Source: Paraglomus brasilianum
Lineage: Eukaryota
NCBI GenBank assembly: GCA_910592345.1
Contig: CAJVPI010000027.1
Span: forward strand, 1 to 64,000
Direction of reading: 5' to 3'
Length of the DNA stretch: 64,000 nucleotides
The notes below the pieces were generated by a model. It worked only from the letters and a program-made list of their open reading frames with translations. It ran no database searches and was not told the DNA's origin. Of the stretch, positions 53,116-64,000 are shown piece by piece. Both the position numbers and the translations under genes were made by a program. Each line of letters opens with the position of its first letter. Position 1 is the first letter of the stretch.

Positions 53116-56100
53116 TAATAAAGCATACTACCTATTAAATTTCTTAACTTAGTTCTTAATTGCAATCAGGTTACTTTACACGAATTATCCGTCTACACAC
53201 CTCTTACTCTCTTCCCCACCACATAATTCTCAATTGGATTGATTGGACTAATTTTATGAGCAGAATCGTATTTTTTGAAAGCAAATACGTTTAATAATGG
53301 ATATTAAAATATTATCTAAGACGTCTGATAGACGTAAAGTCGTACTTTCTTCTCTTATCCCAAACGTTTTTACTTTTGCAGTAGGGAACCAGGCAGTCTA
53401 AATTATAAACTCCATGTCAAACCCACCTAACCGTTAGAACAAAGCTTGAAATTTATTGCTCCGGAAGACTGTATATCATTGTTTACTGCAAATTTGCGTT
53501 TTCTAAAATACGGGTGTTACTTCTTAATAAAGCGCGCACCCAAGATAAGATCAAGACTATTAAAACTTGTCAATTATTTTTAAATAAAGTTTTTATTATT
53601 CTTGGATATGCAAATAAGCGCCTGTTTCTCAAATTAAAATTGGTAGTTTATTCCTGGACAAAAGAGAGGCGCGGTAAAACTAATCTTTCAACTTAACATT
53701 GATCAAGTAGAATTTTGAATATTTTGAAAAACCGAGAATGTCTAAACTGTCCACTCGTAACATCCAATAATGGTTTCAGGGTTCAACAATCAGCCTACGA
53801 CTCGGGCCTGTCAATTTACACCTGCATCTGTCTAGACCGCTCTAAAATTGATCGCCAGGTAATTTTAATTTGCCGATCGATCACAACATAAGGTCATTTC
53901 TGGTTATTGACAATTGTTTACAAGCTTTTGGAGCACATTGTTTGGGACGATACTGAATAATCCATGATTTGAAACCCGAATATAGAAGTTATCAGGTGTC
54001 TGTGAATATTTAATCAACGTTGCAAAACAATTTTACTAATCATGTTAATCCGTGATGCAAGATAAGCTCATAACACGTGACAATAATATCATGTGCGAAA
54101 CATGTCGGGAATACAACATGGATAGTAATATATCAGGTTTACTGCCATATGAACTAGTCGATTTTCCATTGCTATTGTTTGTGATGGGCTTTTACTTATT
54201 TTATCAATTACAATTGCACGCTACGCAGTTTACAAATATATCCGTTATCAAACCGGAAAACAGATTGACCGCATTATCAGTATAGATGAACCATGTGGGA
54301 ACGAGGACTGTGCACAATTATGTATTGTGCGCACATATGTTTGTCCAAAATGGTGAACGAGCTTGGGAAAGGGAGGGAAAGGGGAAGTGGGGAGGTAGGG
54401 GGCGTCAGGGTGTTTCAGTCAAAGACAATGTAATGAATGAAAAAATAGCGATTACACATATTTGATTAGAATACTCTATTTACACAAACCCGATTCTTTG
54501 TGGGTAATGTGAATTACAAATTGTATGCATTCAATGGCCCCGATTTAGAAGATGGCGCAAGTGGCTTTGAATGTAATCGACCGAAACATTATTCGTGTTA
54601 CCAATCAAAGTATGACAAGTTTCATTCCAACTGCCATATGGGGTAATTGTTACTTATAACACAACTGTTTAATACGCATTTCCGAAAGCAACCAAACCGA
54701 CCACAAGTTTGTGTAAACTGCTGTACGTTCTATATAGTTAAATTACTCTTTGACGTCCATTTATGATATACTTGATACTATGCCAATAAATCAACTCTGA
54801 ACATTGGTTGCCGAGTAAGGAGGGACAATAACGTGTTGCCCAATGCGTAAATATTAAATACCCTTTTCTATGGAAATCCTCGATAGATAGATTATCTCGC
54901 TTCTCCGAGGAAACTGGTTTGTGATGACTAACATGATTACTCATCATAGGATAATCATGAATAAGAATTTTGACACACAAATACTAACCCTGTTTTTCTT
55001 CTTAGTATTTTTTTATATCAATATCGAGATTATTTGTGCAAACAAACGCTTTGGCTATTGCAAAAATACTAGTCACAAGAACTTGTTACACTGTAAATCA
55101 CTTTTCCCCTTAGCCACTGTTTTGTGAATTAACTCGGGGGGTTGCCACGTGAACTGGAAAAGAATGTTGGGGGAAGGAAAAGAACAGCAGCGTTGGGGGG
55201 GAAGAACAGCAGCGCAGCAGTTTAGACTTTTTCTTCACATTGTTAAACTAGCCGTTATGATAAGAGTAAAGTTGTATTGCGTAATCACCCACAATACGCA
55301 CAAGTTATATTACCTCGCAAGTACATCGAAACAAATTTCCAAATCGAGAAAAGAAGTTTGTGATTCATTACCAAGCCAACGTACCACTATGTCGAATCGA
55401 AACGCATGATGTTACACGGAATAGAAAGAAGGCTGTGGGAATGAAAATAGAAAATGGGTTAGTAAGGGGAAATTAGGAGACGCACAAGACGAGGCCTTTC
55501 GAACATGTCACTGTACTGATTAACAGACAATCCCAGAAGGAACAAAGGAACGCAAAACTCCAGAGGGTTATTGGTGAGTTTTTTGAACGGGGATGTTGAA
55601 TTAGTAAAAAAAATAAATGTATAGATAACAAATATGCAATCGAGTTTACGTATTTTGTTACACAAACAATACACATTTAGTATTCAATCATGATAGAAAT
55701 ATCTTTGTTTCACAGCAGTTACCGTTGAGAATGGATCGACTCGTGTCTGGATAAAACACCAATAACCAAAAGTGTAATACAGCATTGATCTTTTTAATCC
55801 ATGGGGATTATGGCTTAGAAACTAAACGGGCCGAGCGCTCGTGCAGAGAGTCAAGACGATAATCGTGAATTCGTCCCCGCAATCGACTGTTTATTTGCAT
55901 ATGGCAACATTTCTAATAGAAACTGTAGTTGTCGGGTAAATCTATGACTTTTATTTTAATTAATTAATTAATTAATATAGTAATCGTATATTCCTGCATA
56001 AAAAAACACCCCATTGTCAAGCAGTTTTTTGAAATTTATTCTTTTTTTCAACAAAAAGGAAAAAATTACGATAAATTACTAATGCCTTTTTATTATTGGA

Positions 56101-56277
56101 TCGTCTTCAAATACTTGGCAAATCATATTCACTTTCGTGTACCAGACAAATTATTTTAAAAGGCGACAACGCGCAACAGTTTTGAATATCGCACATCGAC
56201 CACATCTATCAATTACATTATAGATAAAAATTTAACCAGAGATTATAGACATTTTTATTTTTATTTCGTTATTCACA

Positions 56278-56997
56278 ATGTGTTTTGTAAATACCGATAC
56301 TCTTACACAACGGGAATATGAATTATTGCTACAACCGCCTTTCCTTCTTACAATACCTATCGACAAACTTATTGATCCAGCAGCACGCACTAACGGTGGC
56401 AAGAAAATACCTAGACCCCAGAATAGCTGGTTACTGTTCCGTAGAAATTATGAGTGTTATTTTCGTCAACATGCCGATAGAACTTATAGCGTCTCGGAAA
56501 TATCTAAAATGGCTACGGAATGGTGGAAAATCTTGCCAGATACCGTCAAGGACTACTTTAGGGCACTATCAAAGCTGGCAAAACAATGCCATAAAGACAA
56601 ATATCCCGATTACAGCTATCATCCAAAACGAAGACAAAATCGAAAGGAAAAATGGGTGTTCAAAGATGCGGGAAACGGCCAATCCACGGGGTGCAGAACC
56701 AGTAGGAAAAATAAAGCACAAGACAAGAGCGAATATGATCAGATAGTGGATTTGCAATATTCTGGCTTACCACACAGCAGTTACGAAGTCTCATATTTTG
56801 ACCATATTATACAACCACAAAACCTTGCCGCAGTACATTCTGCCTGCTCTTCGTCTCCTACTCTATTGTCTTCTTTCAACAATAAAATCAGCGTTACGGA
56901 TGTAGTTGGATATGATTGGAACAACTTTAATTACTATCCAATGCTCAATGGTCAAGAAGTATTCGTCCAGGAGCAGAATATTATATTAGAAAAATAA
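56278..56997 (+). CDS. MATA-type HMG-box transcription factor (HMG-4), intronless
   Basis: KIPRPQNSWLLFR...EISKMATEWWK.LPDTVKDYF.AL..LAK..HKDKYPDYSYHP. Confidence 0.93.
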   Translation: MCFVNTDTLTQREYELLLQPPFLLTIPIDKLIDPAARTNGGKKIPRPQNSWLLFRRNYECYFRQHADRTYSVSEISKMATEWWKILPDTVKDYFRALSKLAKQCHKDKYPDYSYHPKRRQNRKEKWVFKDAGNGQSTGCRTSRKNKAQDKSEYDQIVDLQYSGLPHSSYEVSYFDHIIQPQNLAAVHSACSSSPTLLSSFNNKISVTDVVGYDWNNFNYYPMLNGQEVFVQEQNIILEK

Positions 56998-58252
56998 CTT
57001 GGTTTATGGTTATGTAGATTATGGTTGGTTTACGCTGATTTACGCTAAGCTCAAATGACATTATGCGAATTCAAGTATTATATGTAGATTTTCACAATGC
57101 ATTCCATTTTTCATCTTTTTATTTGTATTTGATATGCACCTATTATTATTCGTTATTTGATATCAATTATGACTATTATTAAATATAAATATATATATAC
57201 ATATTTTTTTCCTTTTTCAATAAAACATTATCTTTGTACAATAATTAATGAGAACTGTGTGGTACAATAACTATTCAAACAAATTCCAACTTTATGCATA
57301 TCGTCAAACTTTGAAATACTGTGTCCCCAAGTAAAGGGGTCTGCGAGGTTCGCCAATTAATTCTATCCACAAAATTGTCTTTGCTTACTAATCGATCACA
57401 ATAGAACATCTCCAACGAAGTCTATCATAGAGCTCTTTGTTTTTACCGAATTGGCCAACCTCCCGTTAGATAAATTCAAAGGGGGGGGTTGCTCAAACCC
57501 TTAATTATCGAAGATATATTATTCAGTATTTTTTTGCATTTATAGTTTTTTTTTTGGCAGGTAAGGTAAAATTAATGGTAATTAATGCTGTGAGAGTTTT
57601 TTGCTATAAATGTTAATTATAATAAAAAAATATGACGTCCATGTCGTAACAATAGGTAACAAATAAGTGTTGTTTGTCCGCTGATGGTTCGTTTTTATTT
57701 TAAAAAATTATTTTAAAAAAAAAATCTTGCGCACATACATTTTCATGTTGCACATATTGACGAAAACGGATAAAGTAATAGCGCTGTTACGTGACACACG
57801 TTTAAAGTCGGGTCCTTTTCCTGCAAACCAAGCCCAATCCAAGAATCTTTTAAGTAATACAAACAGCACTAGTCTGTGACAAGAAACTTAGCGATACCAT
57901 TCAATTTTCAGTCAGCATAAATATCGAGCTCTTAGCTGGACCAATGACATTTTCCAGTGTTTCAAGAACAAAAAAAACGGAACAGTATGTTATTTATTGC
58001 ATCTTTGAAGCACAAACAAAAAAATTATTAAACATTATTAAACAGGCAGGTTAAGGATGCAGTGACTTGGTTATTAGTACTGTACTGTAATATATATCGG
58101 AGAAAAAATCTGTGCACCGTCTGTCCGCAAATGTTACATCACACCATAAGGTAAGATCTTCATGTTACCTATTTTGCGTCATAACTAATAATAATAATAG
58201 AAACTAACTGCTTTAAAGAATAAGACTCTTTCTCTTTATTCGACATTGCAAA

Positions 58253-58310
58253 GAGAGAGGGAGGAGAGAGAGAGAGAGAGAGAGAGAGAGTGTGTGTGTG
58301 TGTGTGTGTG
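58253..58310. repeat. compound (GA)n(GT)n microsatellite
   Basis: direct reading. Confidence 0.9.
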
Positions 58311-59624
58311 AGTCTCTTATAAAGCTTGTCTACGCTTGGGCGGATGAAAACACATGCTGTCCAAAGTTATTTATTCAACAAATGATAGTGGCACAAATGC
58401 TGTGTATACTTGTTATTTCATTCATCAAATTAATCAATTCCTCTTAAATTTAAGTCAAAGTTGAACAAACTGTAAAGTTTGTTACTCAGTATAGAAATTC
58501 AATCGATGGTTTTGATTCGATCGTAGGATGACATGACATCATTAAAAATTAAATCACATGATATATGTGCCAATGTAAATTGATTTTATTGCCCAAGTTA
58601 AGAAATTTCCAGATAACTACAAGCGCGCGGCCTTGCCGTTTTATTGCTTGCTTGGGGGAGAAATTTGGTATGTATAACAACTAACAAAAAAAGTTTCCCA
58701 ACACGTTGTCTCGTAATGAACTCGGGCGGCCTATTATCCGTTGCGATCGGCTATGGCCCTTTATTATGTTCTATTCCATTTCAGTGTAAATATTTAATTG
58801 TATTGCTGTTCTGAGAATGTTGTCAAATTACGAGGTTTCTTTGATTGCGATTACTAAGCATTCAATTCGTCTTTGTTGACATTGTCTGTGGAAACAAAGA
58901 ACCGTTATTATCGAGCCCGTTGATATTAATATTAATTTTCCACCATTATCAATTGGTCTTACGTCCAGTTATTATATCGTATCGACTTGCGTTTTCGACC
59001 CCCCTTCGTTAGCTTAAGTAATTATCCATTTGTAATCGACATTCTTCAGACAATTCGTTCCATGCTTTTTTCTTTCTTTCGATTCTCCGGCACTCACTCC
59101 ATAATCGCCGGTGTTACAATTATTTTTTTTTCGTGAGAAAATAATGTCGATGAGAAAGTCAGCGAGTGATACAAAATATTGCCTCTCATCAGTGTAACAG
59201 TTAAAGCGCCCCAGGGTAAAAGTAGAGCTTCTTTAATCAATTGTAATTTGCCCTTGCCCCCCAGCAGATTGAAGCTCATGTCTCCTATATACACAATTGT
59301 CTTTATTGCAATTGTTGAAACAAGACAATAGACTTTGAATTCCTTGGGTAGATATCACAACCTGACAGCAGCCGAAGCGAATTTACAATGTTAACTCGGT
59401 TTACATTAGTTACAAGTCACAAGTGTATATAACAACCTATTCAAGTCGCAAACAAACGGGAATACTCTTGTAAAAAGTGTAAGCTTTCTTAGAGTCAGCG
59501 CTATCATATCTCGTATCTTCGCAATACGTCCCATTGTTTACTATTAGTCGGTCGATCATAATGGATTAGATCAGCAACCAATCATAGCGTTAGAGCTTGC
59601 TAGTCTTTAGTAAAAGCTTACGCA

Positions 59625-60591
59625 ATGTCAGTCCATAATATAACACTTTCTCTCTCTTCCCCGCTCAGTATGTCTGTATTCTACTCGACTGTCTCCCAAT
59701 CACTGAGCAATGCACCCATAGCATATGCAGCTACTCCCCTAAACAGTTCTACTGCCGTCGAATCCACAAACCTATGTCCTGGGAAACGAGCAAGAGAACT
59801 AGAACAAGGGGAGACAGAAAGACATTACGCTGGAATTACTCACGCTAGGGATATAGTAACTGAAAGTACCAGCATAGCAGCAGACGGGAGAGAATTCAAG
59901 AGACTAAGACGTGCCTTCGAGAGGGACAGTTTGAGGTGAGATCGCGGGGGTTAGGGTGCGAGATCCCATTCACACCTCGTTCGCAACATGGAGAAAAACG
60001 CGTTTTATCACCATCGCCTAGTTCTAGCATCCGAAAAAAAAAAGTATTCTCTGAAATAATTCAAAAAAATATATACATACATATAATGTTGATTCAGAAT
60101 TTTCATATGATGTCTCATCTAGTCCAGAATCGAATTCTTCCATAGCAACACCGCTTTCGTACTCACCGCCAGCGACAGATTCTCTTACCGAAGATGGCAA
60201 TGATAGCAGGAACGATTATTATCGACACCAACAATTATCCATTACTTCTGTAACTACTACTGCCCAGCAAAGAAGCTCTAATAAGAAACATCTTATGCGA
60301 ATTTCCACTCGCTCCAATCCTTCCGCTTCGACGACGTCATCGTCGTCGTCGTTGCCAAGTCCGTACGACAATATCAATACTATTCTCCATCTTGCTCACC
60401 TTGCACGGCATTCGCATGTTGTTAATGAGCTAGAAGGAGATTTAGGTGAGATGGAGATTGATGAATCACCTGTCGGAGTAAGATTGATGGAAACTCCAAG
60501 AGAAATTGCAGACAACCACTGCAACTATGCACGGATCAATGCTGTCTTACGAGAAGCATTTTTAAGGAGAAGGAATAGCAACTCTGATTGA
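59625..60591 (+). CDS. S/T-rich protein with NLS-like motifs and FAM104/VCF-like C-terminal helix; exons 59625-59935 and 60123-60591, ~259 aa
   Basis: A GTGAGA...CTAG intron (59936-60122) joins the two ORFs in frame. Contains GKRARE and FKRLRR and ends YARINAVLREAFLRRR. Confidence 0.65.
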
Positions 60592-61025
60592 GCTGCTACT
60601 GCTGCAAGTTTTCTATTTTTGATAAGTTATCGTGGGAAAAGGAGGGGGTGTGGGGGGTTGTATTGGAAATGTATGTATAATGGACTCTGGGTTGGGATCC
60701 AATGCATAGATGGGCATATTAATTAATATGGCAACATGTAATTTAGGGAGGGATCATAGACATTTAAATAATAAAGATTACAAAAACAGGGACAAATACC
60801 GTCTTCGATGTACATATCGAAAGAAGGAATATAGTATAGTACACATGCTCACAACAGAGATTTCCATCCGACAACACAAATTATAATGAATAGAAGTCAA
60901 AAACGTTCTCATTACAATAGTTTTTTTTTTTTTTTTCAAACACTCCGATTGCATCCAGATATCTCACATTCGATAAACGTTCATAATTAGGCAAATTAAA
61001 CCGATTATTTATTCTCGTACAGATT

Positions 61026-62006
61026 TTATTCGTCATCAAGTTTACCGCGCTCGCTCACATAAATACCGTCAAGAAATTTACGGATATCCTTGTTCTTCAC
61101 AGCTGTTGATTGTTGGATGTTGGCAGCTGATCGGGAAAGGGTCAGATAAGAATAAGGGTAAGAATAAGGGTTATAGCGAAAGTTAGTCTATTTGATTAAG
61201 TAACACCGAGTCCAATAGTTTCTTTTCCCATCCCATCATCGTATCCAAAGATTCAGGTACCCAAATGTTAAACTCCTTGTTTCTTCCCACCATTTTACAT
61301 AACGATGACTATTCGCATATTGTCCCTTGTGATATCCCTCCATGATCTTCCCCAATTATTACCCACCTGATTGCGATACATTCTCTAAATCATTCCCGGT
61401 CAAGGCCAATTCATCCTTGTTTTTGGTCGAGATCTCGATTTTCACACCGTCCAACATTTTCACTCTCCGGATGTATTTCTCCCCCAAAAAGTTACGGATA
61501 TGAACTTCTCCATCCTCAATGTTTACATTGATGGGGAAATGGGCGTATACATAACGCATTTTATATTCAAAGCCCTAAGAATGAATGAATGAATAAATAC
61601 GTTGTTAACAAGACGTTTAATAGAGATGAATTTCGATCAATTGAACGATGAGACGGTAGTAGTATTATTACGCAGTTGATCGGCCAGCGCTCCTATATAT
61701 ACGAGTGCAAGAATAATGTTCCTCCTCTTTCTGGTCACATAATTTTATACGAACCTTGGTAACTCCGGTTATCATGTTCTCAATATGACTTTTCACAGTT
61801 CTCAAACAAGCAACATGCTTCCTACGTCCATGCCACACAATCAACTTTATGGTATTCTTATCGGTCTTTCGTAACTCCAAATTAATATGCCTCAGATTCT
61901 TTGTCAACTGTCCCCGCGGCCCCGAAACCGTAACGATTCGAGATTTCACTTCGACAGTGACACCATCCGGGATTTTAAGTTCTTCGTCTTTGTATATGTC
62001 TTTCAT
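61026..62006 (-). CDS. RPL9: 60S ribosomal protein L9 (uL6); exons 62006-61755, 61574-61367, 61126-61026, 186 aa
   Basis: MKDIY...VTVSGPRG...[24 protein letters not shown]...IRNFLGEK...[16 protein letters not shown]. Both GT-AG introns are in frame. Confidence 0.97.
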
Positions 62007-62899
62007 TCTCGGCTTAGTGTGGAGATGAAGAGCTGAAGAATAGGATGGATGGGAAGAGAGGAGGGATAGATGAAACTAATGGAAATTTGGTTATATAATT
62101 TTTGATGACGTAGATGAATATCTGTCACACAAATTTATGACAATGAACAAACTAGGCGAAAGCATTATAATTAGAAATTTTAATCCTTATGTTAAAGACA
62201 GTTCTACACTGTATCAGTCATGTTAAACGAGACAAGGACATTAAGATAATATTTAGTCCTTATTACGCTTAAAGTTTCAGTATAATTTGGTCTACATTCC
62301 TATGGCTGGATTTCACAGATGAGAATGGTTGGCCATCGTATTCCGGAAAAATACATTTGTCAATTAGGCCAACGATACGTGAGAGAAACGATTTCATGCT
62401 GACGTTAACTACCCAATAAACTAGTTTCAGCGGTTCGGACGAAGAGCCAAAGACTATTTGGCTTGAATGATCGTGTTTACAGTCGTAAGACTGCTGGAAT
62501 TTCTTTAATTTTATGTATTCACGTTCACTTAATCTAATATAAGCCGCGTAATTGTACTGCCACTTTCCTCAAATTTCTACCAGATATACTGTAAATGTAT
62601 AAAACCATCCGGTCAAAACGAGAGGGGGTAAATCAAATTTATTATCGTGTATATTTAACAAAAATACAAAACTGCAGACAAACAATTAGCTTGTAAAAAA
62701 AATTTGACGGAAATACGGTAGGCTGGGTATGATGGAGGACAAGTACGCATCAAACAAGTCAATCCTTTTCGAAAACAACACATTTCTAACGCAAAATTTA
62801 AGATGAGTTGCCTGTGCTTATGGACATATTATCCGATCAATACTCACGCATTCGGTACAAAGAGATGAGTAACCATATAATAATAGTCAAGAACCATTT

Positions 62900-63880
62900 C
62901 ACAGCAGGCGCGTCACCGATGTCAAGGCCGGGGTCCTGACGGGTAAACTACGCAAACTGTGACCACGATGCGCTTTCAATTCAATGGTCTCTGTATCCTA
63001 TTCACCACAGCCCGAGCGTGATAAGCTACAGTCGGCGTTTCGGAACGGATTACCGAACGTTCACAGCAAGTAATCATTCACGATCAGACCCCCGAACCAT
63101 AAAGTATTTCAAGTGTATCCTATTCACCCCAAAGCCGAAGTATGCACAGGTAACGGGGTTTTGATTAATTTACACCCTGTGTGCTTTCAAAACCTCCGAC
63201 TTACAGCGTACCTTCAGATGCACATACTAAGTAATTACACGAAAGATAAACAATCTACATGTGTAGCCCGATGCGCTTTCGCGTAATCCGATTTTTAACC
63301 TAGGGGCAGCGTACTTAGGATATAAACCACCCCAGTAAGAATTATTATTACCTCGTCTTCAAACTGCCTTCCTCTTGCTACGCTACGGAACTCGTCTTAA
63401 ATAAAAAAAACCGCGTCGGTACGGGCCTACTTCTTTTATCACGCTAATAATGAAGAAGCATATTGTATGTGTACACTAGCGTGGAGGGTCGATAAACTGA
63501 GTCGTCGTTTCATTTGAGAGTTGTAGCAAACTGTCGTGTGTGCGCAATATGGAGTGGCGGCGAAGGTTTGTTGCGTTATACATTTAATAACGTTGTCTTT
63601 GCGCTTTGGGAGGAGGAGAGATTGTTGTGAAGCGATGGAATAGTATCGGTTATGCCGGTCATTGTTCGTATGTGCGTAATATAGCATAGGCATTGTTCGT
63701 TGTATGGAGGAAGAGTTTGTTGTGAGGCGATACATGTACGATGGAGAGAAGCGTCTGGGTATATATATAAGGAGCGTGAGAGTCTGCGACTGTAGCAAGC
63801 AATATGATACCAGCTCAGTGATACGATTGTCTAGCCGAACAATAATAGATGGTAATCTCGAATAAGTTTGAATAAGTTTT
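62900..63880. repeat. higher-GC non-coding block with internal direct repeats, possibly LTR/TE-derived
   Basis: TGTATCCTATTCACC x2, CGATGCGCTTTC x2 and TATATATATAAG at ~63760. Termini are not defined. Confidence 0.3.
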
Positions 63881-64000
63881 TTTTTACATACCATATTTAT
63901 AATGGTGAAATAATAGTGTGCCTGTAGAGAATTCTCTCTATACGATCTCAGTACATATACAATTCATTGTCGAAGTGCTTATAAATGGGTTTATATTGAA

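Noticed and set aside
23754..56997. Bona fide mating-type locus
   Set aside because: No triose-phosphate transporter or RNA helicase flanks and no HD1/HD2 genes in the window. HMG genes are highly multicopy in this lineage.
61127..61754. Intronic snoRNAs in the longer RPL9 introns
   Set aside because: Only a partial C box (GATGATG) and a CTGA were seen, with no terminal stem or recognisable guide. An Infernal/Rfam search would be needed.
63439..63894. 151-aa minus-strand ORF
   Set aside because: No domain-like features, and it lies in a probable repeat-derived block.

Overview
AT-rich, intron-containing eukaryotic DNA. The gene families present (MATA-type HMG boxes, tyrosine-kinase-like kinase, BTB-BACK-TLDc, TPR, dense Tc1/pogo debris) point to an arbuscular mycorrhizal fungus (Glomeromycotina); this is inference from content. 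Supported genes: alcohol acetyltransferase-like (2 exons), a small acidic protein with a phosphodegron, a spliced CENP-B-type HTH-TPR fusion, a BTB-BACK-TLDc pseudogene, a 4-exon TKL kinase, four intronless HMG-box genes, a secreted Cys-rich protein with a possible Cu/Zn-SOD-like fold, a 2-exon protein with a FAM104/VCF-like C-terminal helix, and RPL9 (3 exons). The most unusual structure is a ~4.75 kb unit (13971-18723). Two ~0.8 kb diverged inverted arms reach the proximal promoters of two unrelated, convergent genes (HTH-TPR and BTB), like a Pack-MULE-type gene-carrying element or a mobile promoter cassette. Also present: a four-copy TGTTG...CAACA mini-element, many MITEs (some nested) and a ~1 kb tandem triplication. 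All alignments and splice models were made by eye, without tools.
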